From the NCBI GenBank assembly GCA_037447605.1, contig CM074804.1, positions 7,541,909-7,605,908 of the forward strand: a stretch of DNA of 64,000 nucleotides, read 5' to 3'. The notes under the pieces were generated by a model. That model was not told the DNA's origin and did no database searches. It saw nothing but the letters and a program-made list of their open reading frames with translations. This DNA comes from Zygnema circumcarinatum SAG 698-1b (lineage: Eukaryota; Plantae; Zygnematophyceae). Positions 1-11,800 of the stretch are shown in pieces; within the stretch, counting starts at the first letter, position 1; each line of letters opens with the position of its first letter. Position numbers and translations under genes: made by a program.

Positions 1-3000
1 GGTATTGCTGGATAGAGGCCTGCACTGGATACCTGCAGATGGTAGGGTTTCTTCAGCTCGTTTGCAGGTTTACAGGCTCATAGGAGCAGTTCTTTTCTCT
101 TTGTTGCTGTTGTTGCAGGCCTAAACTTTCAGCTTTTCATAGACCCCTTCTACATGACAGAAACCTGCTACCGGTCTTAATGGTTTAAGAGAATGTCAGT
201 AAAGAGTTTGCCGCACTACGGTTTGAGGGGTTGAGCCACCATACTGTTCCAAAAGGTGGAGCTGAACCTCTTCCGGAAAAGGCTCCAAAGGCACCCATCC
301 GAGCCTCACACAGATGCGTCCAACATTGGTATCCACCTTTACTCCCCAAACATAAGAGGAAAAACTAAGCAAAGAGGTGAACAATAATCCTGAAGCATAA
401 TACCAGAATGTTTGAAGCTAATTGAAGTTCCAAAAATTTGCATAAGTACACGATATTTTGCGCGGTTTTGCTCCTCACAGGGAAGGCAAGATGGTGAAGA
501 CAGAGGAGACGGATGCACTCCGTACTTTTCAGTCCCATACCGCGAATACTGACAAGAAACTCCCTGCATTTCGCATGGAACTGTTCCGAGTCAGTAACAG
601 TAGAGGGTCAGTCGGCAGTAGCAACGCTTTGTTTGGTTGAAGGCACTCTTGTTCCATAAGCGCGTACAGGTGATCGTAGAATTGAAGAGTAAGGGGGGAA
701 GGAGGTGAGAGACTCTCACTGTGCTATGTCTGGAGACACATCATGCAGCCATTCAAGATCAATGTTCCCAAACTTGGTCCACAGTTCCTGCAGGAATGCC
801 TACAGACACGAGAAAGCGAGCGAGAGAGAGAAAGAGAGAGAGAGAGTGTGTGTGAGAGAGAGAGACTTATAAGAACCGAGAGTTCTGAAACCTCCTGGCA
901 ACTCTTCCACCTTGAACCCTTCCATCGTCTACCTCACATTCCATTCAACTTCAGTGTACTTTTGCATAAAGATGGTCAGAGTGTCTCCCACCTTGATCCG
1001 TCCCGCCAACATGTAGTGCTGCCCCCTCTCGCGAATGGTCATGGCTATGTCCTCCACAGAGGCTTGCCTTATGGCCTCCCAATCCACCCCATCGGGAGAG
1101 CCTCTCATGCCCCATTCCGCCGCTTGGCGGCTCTCTGCTACTTGCCTCCTGAACCCTCCCCAGTCTCTCTCTCCCGTCCTTCCCTTACTTCTGAACACTT
1201 TCGCCTTCGTCTCTCTCTCTGCTCTCTCTGAGCCTGTCATTTGCACTTTCACCGTGGGCTGTTTTTGGCTTGAGGGAGCCCCAAAACTATGTGGTGATTC
1301 CATTTCTATGTCCTTGACATTTTCGAAATCTCGCACACCTACTCCCTCTCGAACGTTCTCCCTTCCTTTGCGTCTCTCTTCCCTTTCATCCCGTGTCTTT
1401 CTCTCACTCCCAATGCAATTCGACACGGTCTTCTTCCTCTCCCTCTCCCTCTCTCTGCTTCCTCCAAGATCTGCCAATGAATGAGCTCCAAAGCCTTGCT
1501 CACGTTCGCCCGAACAATTTTGCCGCTCGTTGACTGACGGAACTGAAGATCTGTCTTCCATAGAAACCCTCTCAACTGACCGAACCCCAACCTCCTTCAG
1601 CAAGTCCCTTGTGAAACTCTCATCCTCAGAAAGCTGTTTCTCAGTGTTCTTTAACGAATCTGAAAATTTTCTTACATGGGTTTGGTAACATGAAACTTCC
1701 TGAGAGCCATTATCCCCCTCCCCCTTAGGACTTGTTGACCTGGATTTTGCTTTAGTCATTTCCCGGCGAAGCTTCCGGGAAAATGCACGAAGTGCCATGA
1801 AAGCGGAGCTGCATCCACATACCCAACGCGCGTTGAAGCGATAAATGACCATAGAAGCTGCATATTATACTTCATATTCTCTTTAAAAGTCCAATATTTA
1901 TCTGACTAAGTTTCTTTAAACTGAACCTGAGTGTCCATCTCAAGCCCAATCTGTCTCCAAGTTTTAGCAGCTTGTTTGGAATCAAGCATTGTCAGTACAT
2001 TCCATTCAATGCATGCTCCTAGCACACTGTCTCCCTCCCTCCTCCCTCCCTCCCTCCCAACCTGGACAAATGGTCGGAGACGTTCTGCGTAAGGAAAGCT
2101 CCCACAACGGAGTCAACAACTGAGCCGTTCCATGGAAGAAATCTCCTGTCGCCTACCATACGCCAGCATCCCATCCCATAGAGATTACAAACCTGCAGCT
2201 TTTTCATCACAGAACCCCTTCTTTATGGCTGAACCTATATATACAACACACGAGGGGTATCTGCAAACTTTGCTTGTTTTAACCTAAGCCTACAATCCTC
2301 CCAAGTTTCTCACTGTATTTTGATGAAGCTCCTTTCCCCCTCTCTCACCTTGAACCTGATGCATTCGAGAAAGAAAGAGCTCCACCTTCTCCTTCATGGC
2401 TTGTTGTGCTTTTCTCAGCTGCCCCTCTTCATCGTCCTCTAACAGTTCGGCCCACTCCAGCAGCCCCACTGGAATCCTAGGACCCCATTTTTCTTCTCCT
2501 TGGAGGTTAAACCAGACTCGTGGTATCAAAGGTTTCACCTTTTTGAGTACAAATGGGGAAATCTTTTTGGAGGAGGAGAAGGGCACAACATCGAGAGAAA
2601 GCTTGTTGCAATGTATGTTCGAAGTTTGCAAGGTTTCCAGCAATAGTTTGCTTATAGAAGCCATTTTTTTCGCTTTACGGAATGGTAACGGACTGGCGGG
2701 TGAATTCGTTTCACTGGATGAGCACTCAAAGGAGAAGGGAATATTGAACGAGGCTACAATGGGATTTTTACTGAAGGTTTGGAGATTGGGCATTATGGAC
2801 CTGAAACTTGGAATACAAGAGGAAATCTCGGAATGCTCTCCTCTCCCTCTCTCGCAGGAAGGCCTGATTTCGTCCCCCCTGACTCCAGTAAAGTCATCAG
2901 CTACTTTTAGATTCAGTTCTTTGTGAATCAAGTCGACATTCAAACCAGTATACGGCCACTCTCCTTGCTCTAAAGTCATCTCTATGCTGCTATGTGTCAA

Positions 3001-5205
3001 CTCTATGGACTTCCGAACCTCTCCTTCATTGTGGGAGCTCCTTTTCTTCTCCATAGCTCGTCTGTATTGGCGACAAATCACGCATTGACATGTGTCCTTC
3101 TGGTGCTTCTCCCAGCTGCTCCTAGGTTTCCTCTCTCCCATCTCTCCCTCCTTAACACTCTCATCGCCTCCCTCACCCTCCTTAACCGATTTCTTCCATT
3201 TCCTCTTCTTCTCCCTTTCTCCCCCTCCCTCTCTCAACAGTCGCTCATTGAAACCCTCTCCTTGCCTCCTACTTGCACTTCTCGCTTTGCTTTCCTTCCG
3301 CACTGCCTCTTCCACTACTTCGGCTCTCACGCTTCCTTTGCTTTCTTGCTTCTTTCTTGCTTTCGACACTCTCCCGCTTTCTTCAACACGCTTCTTAAAC
3401 TGACTGCTACGGCCCTCAGGTTCTCCAGGAACCCCTGCTTTCCTTCTCTCACCTTTCTCCCTAGACTTACAACTTACTTTATCTCTGCCTTGGAAGCCCC
3501 TTTCGATACTCTTCAAGACCTTAGGAATATACTTCTTCCTCTTTGGAGGAGTCATGAAGGGATTTTCATGGCTCCCTCCTTCCCGTTCCTCGGTAAGAGT
3601 TTCACCTTCATTATCTTCCTCAGCCATGGACGCTACATTTCCATCCAAAAGCCCTGCACTTCTTTGAGGTGAGAGAGGAGTAGGCTCTACAGAGAGGCTC
3701 TGATTTGCTTTGAGACTCATTACGGTCTCCATTCTCCTGCCCATATCCATGGCGGTACTCTTCCTCCGTGGCCTTCTCCATCTGCCTGCTGTCTCCTCCT
3801 CCATCGTCGTTTCTCCCTGCGGAACTTCGCCTTGCTTAGCTCCCAATCCCTCCTCCTCTCCCTCTCTCCGAGATTCTGTAAACTCTAGCTTTTTACACCT
3901 ATCTATCTCCTCCATGTCTTCCTCTATATCACAGTCAGTTTGTACTACTTCGGCAGAACCAAACAATCCACAAGCACTACTCCTCTCTTGCTCTATTCCC
4001 AACATTCTCTCACTCCCTCCCTCTCCCTCTGTCGCGGCTCTCCTCTCACTTACATGGCGATTGTTCTCCCTCTCTCCATCTTCACCTTCCGCAGTCTCCT
4101 CCCTATCCTCCGACGAGTTTAACCACGGAAAGAGATTTTTTTGAATTTTCTTTACAATCCTCGCTGACCTCGTCCTTCTCGGAACTTCGTATTCAACTGG
4201 AGATGCCCTTAGACTGTTCGCTTTCTCCGTCCTTTCCAATTTTTTTACCACATTGCCCCCAAATTTCAAAATACGTTTTTTCTCTCCCCTGCCATTCTCT
4301 CTGCAGGAGCGTCCTCCCACCGTCCCTCTCATTTCCCTCTCTTCCTTCTTCAGTATCTCACAACTACTTCTCTCTCTTGTCGTCATATGGTTTGACATTT
4401 CTCTTGCATTCATGTCATTTAAGAGACCAATTTCGTTCAAATTTCGAGCTCTGTCAGGCGTTTTTTTCAAGCTTAAAAGAACATCAAAATGCTCCTGAAG
4501 AGCCTCAAACTTTTCACGCCTCGTTGCGAACAAGCTCGTCCTCCTTGGCCGCTCCATGCCATCTGTTAGACTGTCTGTAACAACCTGCATTGCTCGGAGC
4601 TCATTCGGGACGCTCATGGAACCGCCTTTAGTCTCAGTATCGCCCTTGCCACAAAATTCCGCCATATTACATCTTCTTCCGCCCGCCTCTCCTCCCCCCT
4701 CCTCCTCCTCCTCTTCCTCCACCACCTTGTCCTTCTCCTGATCCTTCCCCTTCTCTTTCCCATTCTCTTCCACCTCCCTCACGACCATCACCACCACCTC
4801 CTCCTTCTCCTTCGCCTCAACAAGGTATCTTCCAATAATATCCCGCTCCTCCTCTCTACCCTCCTTCCGCAGCACGCGCTTTCGTCTAGAGTACTGAACA
4901 ACAGGGCCTTCCCACTTACTCTCCCTCCACTCCCCCTCGCCCGTCTCTACCTCCACGTCCAGTGCCACAACCGGGTCCTTCTCCAGTATAGCCTTCCCCT
5001 TCAAATTCGTCATGCGTTTCCTCTCCACACCAAGCCCTAAAATCTCAGCATTCCTGCTAGCCCTTAACCTCCCCCACCTCCCTCTTCCCCCCCACACCGC
5101 CTCCTCTCCCCCCTGCTCTCCCACAGCTCCTCTGTAGCAGGACATGGCCGCTTCCCCCGCCACGACTCCTCTCCAGGCCGCCATGGCCTGCCTCCTGGGC
5201 GCCAT
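1..5205 (-). CDS. DML: DEMETER/ROS1-like 5-methylcytosine DNA glycosylase/lyase, multi-exon, 3' end beyond the window start
   Basis: Spliced exons 5205-2349, 2152-2062, 1808-992, 799-720, 563-479, 336-245, 32-<1 join in frame at GT-AG sites. They give domain A (MHQVQGDRRFLPWNGSVVDSVVGAFLTQNVSDHLSSSAFM) and the HhH-GPD region (VDWEAIRQAS...IRERG...LAGRIK; IDLEWL; EFLVSIRGMGLKSTECIRLLCLHHLAFPVDTNVGRICVRLGWVPL..YPV). The N-terminal basic motif TPPKRKKYIPKV is also present. The start codon is the least certain part. Confidence 0.95.
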
Positions 5206-5747
5206 GGCTGCCTAGCAGGAACCTCCCTCCCTCCCTTCCCTCTCCCTCCTAACTCTCCCTCTCCCTCCTAACTCTCCCTCTCCGCCCTCTCTAAAAGTTT
5301 TAAAGCGTGTCAGACGACCAATGGGAGCCCTCCATTGTGACACGTAGGATTACAGGATCCAAATATTCGTACGAATGACGTACGAGCAAAAGGATGATTG
5401 CCATGTGGCAGCCCGCGGAGCGCATGCCACGATCTTGGATGTCGGTGGCAGCCGTTGCCGTACGGATTGTTTTGTCGTTTTACGAGTAGGGCAGTGTTCC
5501 CTATCCGAATGGCGGGGCAGGGGCTGTCACGGTGACGGCAGCTCGCAAGGGCGAAGGGCGGCATGTGGGAACGCGTGGGCTGTTTTCGTCGTTGTTCGGG
5601 CTCCTTCAGAACCGCAGGTCCGTACAGGGAGGCCACGTGGAGGGTCGTTATTGGAATGTGCGCGGGGGCGGGCCGGAGCGTCGGCCAATGGCTGCCCTCG
5701 GCGTAGATACGCAAATCGTGCTGACTCTTGCCTGGGCCATTGGGGGG

Positions 5748-5788
5748 ATGCATGCATGCATGCATGCATTCATGCATGCATGGCCATG
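5748..5788. promoter_or_regulatory. (ATGC)n / RY-repeat (CATGCATG) cluster upstream of the DME-like gene
   Basis: The sequence reads atgcatgcatgcatgcatgcattcatgcatgcatggccatg. RY elements are B3-domain factor sites, but this may simply be a microsatellite. Confidence 0.4.
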
Positions 5789-6054
5789 AACGGACAGGGG
5801 CATGCGGGGACATCCGGCCATCTGCCTCTCTCTCCCTGCGGCAGCAGTCGACGCAAGCATGTTATTGTTGCTCCATGTTGAACATCTGCTAGCCCCGTTG
5901 CTGCCGGCTCCACGCACAAGGCGGGCAGGCAGGCGGGCGATCCTAGACGATGGTGTGCACTTGAATCGCATGCCGTAGTGTTTGTTGCGGCCAGCGGCGA
6001 CAAGTGGGTGCAAAAGCTGGATCCGCCGCGCACAGCGCACTGGTTCGAACCACT

Positions 6055-6246
6055 GCCAATGCCAATGCCAATGCCAATGCCAATGCCAATGCCAATGCCA
6101 ATGCCAATGCCAATGCCAATGCCAATGCCAATGCCAATGCCAATGCCAATGCCAATGCCAATGCCAATGCCAATGCCAATGCCAATGCCAATGCCAATGC
6201 CAATGCCAATGCCAATGCCAATGCCAATGCCAATGCCAATGCCAAT
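6055..6246 (+). repeat. (GCCAAT)32 perfect hexanucleotide microsatellite
   Basis: 32 perfect units read directly; about 3 more units follow the MITE at 6539-6558. Confidence 0.98.
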
Positions 6247-6538
6247 AGGGGGAGTCAGACCTTGACCAGCGCCAAACCAATTCCGCGAGCCCGTCGGGCC
6301 AATTCCGCGTTGTACGGCAGGCCTTTTCCGCCAAAAGTAGACGTTCGACAGGCTCGGGCGCCGAGCCTGTATCTCATTTTTGTAACTCATTTTTGTAACC
6401 TATTTCGAAGTACGGACGGGACAGACAGGTTCGGGGGGAGCCGCGGTTTCCGACCCGAATTCTGCAATCGAAATCAGTACCTTTCCGCCGGCGGAATCTT
6501 TCAATTCCGCGGGCGATGGTCAAGGTCTGACTCCCCCT
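6247..6538. mobile_element. MITE, 292 bp, with 22-28 bp terminal inverted repeats and a probable AAT target-site duplication
   Basis: Left end AGGGGGGAGTCAGACCTTGACCA(gcgcc) at 6247; right end (ggcga)TGGTCAAGGTCTGACTCCCCCT ending at 6538. AAT lies on both sides (6244-6246, 6539-6541), and removing the element plus one AAT restores the GCCAAT repeat. There is no coding capacity. Confidence 0.85.
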
Positions 6539-8862
6539 AATGCCAATGCCAATGCCAACCAAGCTTCGAGCCACAGCCAACGGTTGGTCCAACGGCGGGC
6601 CTAGCCGAGCCGAGCCACCGCCGAAACACGTGATGAAAAGGCCATGCGGCGATCCGCGTGCCCGCCCCTCAGCCAGCCGTTTGGCCGGGCGGCCGGGCGG
6701 CCGGGCGCCGGGCATCGTCAAATGCGGGCTCTTTTGAAAAACTCCCGTAAATACCGAAAATAAAATTCAGAAAGTTCCGAAAATAAAGCCGCCCCTTCAA
6801 GGAGGAAAAAGAAAAAAACCTCCATGAGGCGTGCTAGACGTACGGATGAAACGAAATATGGTCTCCCTGCCTGCCTGCCTGTCTGCCTGCCTGCCCGCCT
6901 GCCTCCCTCTCTGCCTTGTTTCGTTTCAAGCCTGAATAATGCTGGCAATGGCGGAGGACAACAAGTTGCTCAAGGTCCAAGGAGGCCGCGACGACAAGTT
7001 TGGGCTCGAGGGTCCTCCCTGCTCGGACTCGCAAACAGGCCTAAAACGACGAAACAGAAAAGTCCCTCAAATCCCGAAGATACTCAAAATGGTCCCGAAA
7101 ATAAGTAAAATACGGGATTTCAGGCAAATCCCGTATTTGACGATGCCTGGCAGGCGGGCGGGTACAAATACTGTAAGGTACGTTTCCGTACTGCTGCAGG
7201 AAGGCCGCCTCCCTCCCTCCCTCCCTCCGTACAGCGAGGCGTACGGCCGACGCGCCCGGGCGGGTGCCGCGCGGCGCTGCCGGCAACAACCCTCGCCACG
7301 CGCTGCCACGTGGCGCCTGCGCGGCCCCCCCCGCGCACTAAAATGATTCCACGCCGCCGGCTGCCCGGCATGCCCATGCCCTCCGTACGGACGGGAGCGC
7401 GGACGCCCCGGGCGGAGGCATCGCAGCCGTCCGTTTGGACGATCGTGCGGTACGAACGACGCCTTTGAATTGGAAAACGTCGTCGACAGCAGCGCGAGAT
7501 CTCCATAGGGAGAAAGGGATGTACGGCCATGATGGCATGTGACGCCATGCCAAGTCATGCCATGCCATGGATGGGGGCCGGGGAGCCCATGGGCCAGCGG
7601 GCACATGGCACCATGTCACCATCGCGGAAGGGAGGCATCCTGGCATCCATGTATCCATGCATCCATCCATCCAGACATCCTGGGGGAGTCGGGGGCGAAT
7701 GCTATAAGGTGGATGAAAAGCAGGACCAGAGGGTCTGTATGGAGGTTGGAGCCTGCGGGGAGGGAGGGCTGCAGAGGGGAGGAGCAAGAGGAGCGGATGA
7801 GAGGAGAGGGCTGGATATTACCGAGGTAATTTGGGGATGAGGGCTGGTGATGATAGGGTTTAATGGCTGTTGCTGCAAAGGCTGGGAGGGCCGGGAAAGG
7901 TCGGGGATGTTGAAGCTTTGAAGGGGAGATAGTGGGGGAGGGAAGGAGGGAACAAGCGACTGCGTGGGATGTGTTGCAGGAGTGTATTTTTAACTGATAG
8001 GTGCGGAGGGGGGGAGGAGGGAGCGATGTATAAAAGTCATAGGAGAGCAGAAGTGTGCTTGTCGAGTGTATTGAGTGAGAGCGAGAAAAAGCGAAGAAGC
8101 GGGAGGATGGAGGGATGGTGTTGTACTTTGCACTGATTTACACATGCATTGAATTTCCGAGCAGGCGAGACACCATGGTAGAGCCTTAAGTTGAAGGCAT
8201 CCTGATTTGAAGCAGCACAAGCTGGCCATATATTTTTCGTCTGAAGCTTCTTTGCACGGCTTACCAAACGAGGTCTTTTATACCATCAACTTCACAAATT
8301 CACAGATTGGCAGGTTTGATAACATTCTTCGACTCAACCTGAAAATGACAAATGGAGTGTTCTGGTGGCAGGGCACACATGCTGCAGGTTGCTGAAAATG
8401 TCAGCAAAGTCGTCAGCTGTTTAATTTCCCCGAAGCCGTCGAGCGGTTTCTAGGTATTCCATCTTTTCTGCTCTTATTTCTGCACTCTAGAAAAGTTACA
8501 GATGGAGAAGCCGATGAAAAGTGCAAGGGCAGGGATGTTAGTTTATCCATGGAAACTGGCGAGGATGGGTGAGGTCTGCTGTCGAAAGTCAGATGTCCTC
8601 GTGTCCATTGCATTCTTGGTGCGAGTTGTCTTGGCGATACCAGTAATGGCAACTGCAGCTTATTATCCACCTGCGCGCAGAAGTCTTTCGTTTGGTTCAT
8701 TACAGGATAGAGCTACCGGAATTGAGTGTCTCATTGTACAGGGAGCAGCAAAATTTGAATCTTCGTATTTGCCTGCCAGGTACCTTATATATGATCCAAG
8801 ATGCAGTAGTAAATAGCTTAAAGTGTTGCACTGGTGCAGGCAATTTGACATAAGCAAACAAG

Positions 8863-11800
8863 ATGGGAGGGGTCGATGATGAAGAGAGAATGGACGGTTA
8901 TGCGAAGAAGATTGTGTCAACTTTTCTTTTCGAAGGGAAAGCTGAACTCGAAGAAACAGTTTTGGAATACATAAGCGAGTATGTTGGACATCTTTGCCCG
9001 AACCTTGATGTCATGTGGTGCGAGTTTGTGTATATGCCTGTCAGGCCCTAATTAGACCTAGTTCCAACACGCTAACAGCTGGTGGACTGTCAGTTTTCCT
9101 CTGAAATTGGATTTCAGGTAGGGAAGCAGCAGATTGTGGCCAAGGACTGAGTTTGAAGGATATTGCTTCTATCTCTTCTGTTTTAGTTTGGTGTGGTTTG
9201 TTTCCGTTTGCATGGCGTTGCATTATATTTCGTGTTGTGATCATTCCTGAACTGGTGAACATCAACTGATATTGTGTCTTGCTTGCAGAGCTGTACGAAA
9301 CGAGGCTTTTCATCCGAGTAATGGTCGCAGTGCAAAATCTATTGCTGATGCTCTCCGCCTGTTCGCCCCGTCGGTATGTCATATGTTCATAAGGGAATTC
9401 TTTGCAGTTTGTTTGACATTCGTCCGCTCACTTCGATGCGGAATTATCATCACTCTGTTTCCTCTGTTTCATCAATTCTGCATCAGTGTAGAAAGCAGGC
9501 AAGAGTTCGAGTGTGTGCTTTTACAAGTCCGCAGTCATCCTGAAACAGGAAGATTCGTGTTTTGCCTGCACAAGATGGTTAAAGTAAGCAGATAAATTAC
9601 GAGATGGGGTTCTCCTCTTGTCTTTGCTCTTAGTCTGACTAAGCAGAAGCTATTGGAAGGTTAGACTCTCTCTGAGGCCCATCCAAAGTAATGCCAGGTT
9701 CTGCACGTATGTTTCTGTCATTTTGCATTTTACGATACTTTTCTGGTGCCACCGGCCCCCCGGATTATTGGTGGATACTGCACAAGGTCAGAGTAAGGCC
9801 AGGGATTCTGAAAAATTGATTGAAATTGTCGATTGAAGGGTCGTCTATTTTGCACGCAGTTTGAGGCAAACAATCTGGAAGCCCGCGTTGAGGAATTGCT
9901 GGAGAATATTCGGCAGACGGCCGCATCAGGAAAGAATGGCACAAACACACAAGATGAACCGATTGATAAAGGCGATAGCACCCTTAGCGTAAACTCACGT
10001 TCTCCGGAAGTGTATCATGATGAACGGTGAGTTGAAAACATTGGTCTTGTATCCCATTAGCAGTTTTTTAGTGTACATGGATTTTGGCGCTGGTCAGCAT
10101 TTGTATTTGCTGGTTGTATTCCTTATTAGGAATTGGCATCACTTAACAGTTTGTTGTAATGACTCTTACGGGTGACCGTAACCAGGTCTACCAGCAGTCC
10201 TGTGCCCTCTCGGAGTCCCCCAGCGGCAGCCTTTCTTGCAAGTTCCAGCACACTTCAAGAGCTTTTGGGACCTGATGAGTCACTGGAGGACTATTATCGA
10301 GGCCCACCACATGCTCGAAATGGCAGTCCAGCGTTATCGTACTCCAGACCAACCTCAGCAGACAGTGGTTCACATGAGAGTGGAGCTGCAACAACATCTA
10401 GATTTGCCACTACTGAGTTCTCAGGGCAAGAGATTGGAAAAGTCATTGACAATACTGGAAGCCCGGGCGCCATGAGCTCACGCGGGAGGTCAGCTATTCT
10501 CTCCAGCAGTTCGAAAAACATCGCTGGATCTTTTACGGGCCATGGTTATTACGACAATCTGTCTGGGCAGTTTGGTGCTCTGACTATGTCGGAAGATGGG
10601 CCTGCGAATGAACGACTAGCCCGTTCAACTCCCCCCCCACCATCCGGGTCATCGAATGCAGCAAGATCTGTCTCAAATTCACCTGCCACTTTGGGAACCA
10701 GCAGCATTATGGGCAACACTACAGCCTCTCTTCAGAGTGACAGCCCTCCGGACAGCATGACTGCAGTGGCTGGAAGCTCCTCTGGGCTGTCTTCATTTGT
10801 GTCTTCTCCCAGAGCGTCTTCCCAGCTCCCAGTGAGACGTTCTCTTGGTACTCAGCTGAGTTTTGGGCGCATCAGTCTGAACCCCAATGCTGCGGAGTTT
10901 GTGCCAACAGGGAAGCCTGGAAGTACATCATCCAGTCCGAGCAGTATGAGCAGTCCTCGAAGCAGGCCAGCTGCTTTCAGTAGATCTGCTCCGAATCTCG
11001 GAGACCCTCTAGCCCCACGGTCATCCTTGGAAAAATCCATGTCTGTCAGCTCTAATGCCTCAGATGACGAATACAGGCGGTATTGGCGGGCACAGCTTCC
11101 TGATGAGCTCATTAGTTACGACGATGTGCCATCAGAGCAGCTTGCACCGGAGGATGCATTCGAGTACGACGAGCCTCCTATCCTAGCTCCTAGGGGCCTC
11201 TCTCTCGGTCCTGGCTCTGGAACAGGTCCCACTCCTGGAGGCATGGGCTTCAACTTGGACCCTTCACTGCCTTCCATGGGTCCCGGAGGTCCTAGGGGTC
11301 CTCCTCTTCCAGGTTCACCGCGGGGGTCTATGCAGAGTCCCTCGCCAGGGCTTGCTTGGGGTATGAACGGAGGCTCCGGTCCCCCCCCTCAAGGTCCTGT
11401 AAGTGGTGTGATGGGACCTCCCACAGGCAGTCCCTTGCACCCGCCACCTCCTGGAAGTCCCCTCCCAGGAGGGATGGGCCTTGGGAATGGAGGTGCTGGT
11501 TATGGCTATGGACTTCGCCCTCAGCTTAGCCCCCATCCTAGTCCGCCTCGGGGTGCGGGTGGACATTATAGCCCACCGCCAGGAGGGAGATATCCTCTTG
11601 GCCCAGCACCTATCGTCAAGGAAGGTCCTCCTACACCCCCGGGGCATGGCTATGGACGACCATTTGCACCACCTGATCATAGGCCTGGCATGCCGACGCC
11701 ATTTCAGCTCCCACCTGGCCAGGTCGGACATAGGGAGCGTCCCCCGTTACCACATTGGGGTGCAGAGTATGACATGGGTAGCCCCTTGTTAGATATGCGC

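Noticed and set aside
2396-4741. Plus-strand Ser/Leu/Pro-rich ORFs
   Set aside because: They are antisense shadows of the purine-rich DME exon.
5988-6058. tRNA/SINE-like A-box and B-box spacing (ggcgacaagtgg ... ggttcgaacc) just before the microsatellite
   Set aside because: The T-arm stem does not pair (only about 1 of 5 bp in canonical register) and no acceptor stem forms. tRNAscan-SE would be the decisive test.
5648-6540. ORFs with WH, GI, LA, PM, QC and AN dipeptide runs
   Set aside because: All six frames are open only because (GCCAAT)n has no stop codon. There is no splice or homology support.
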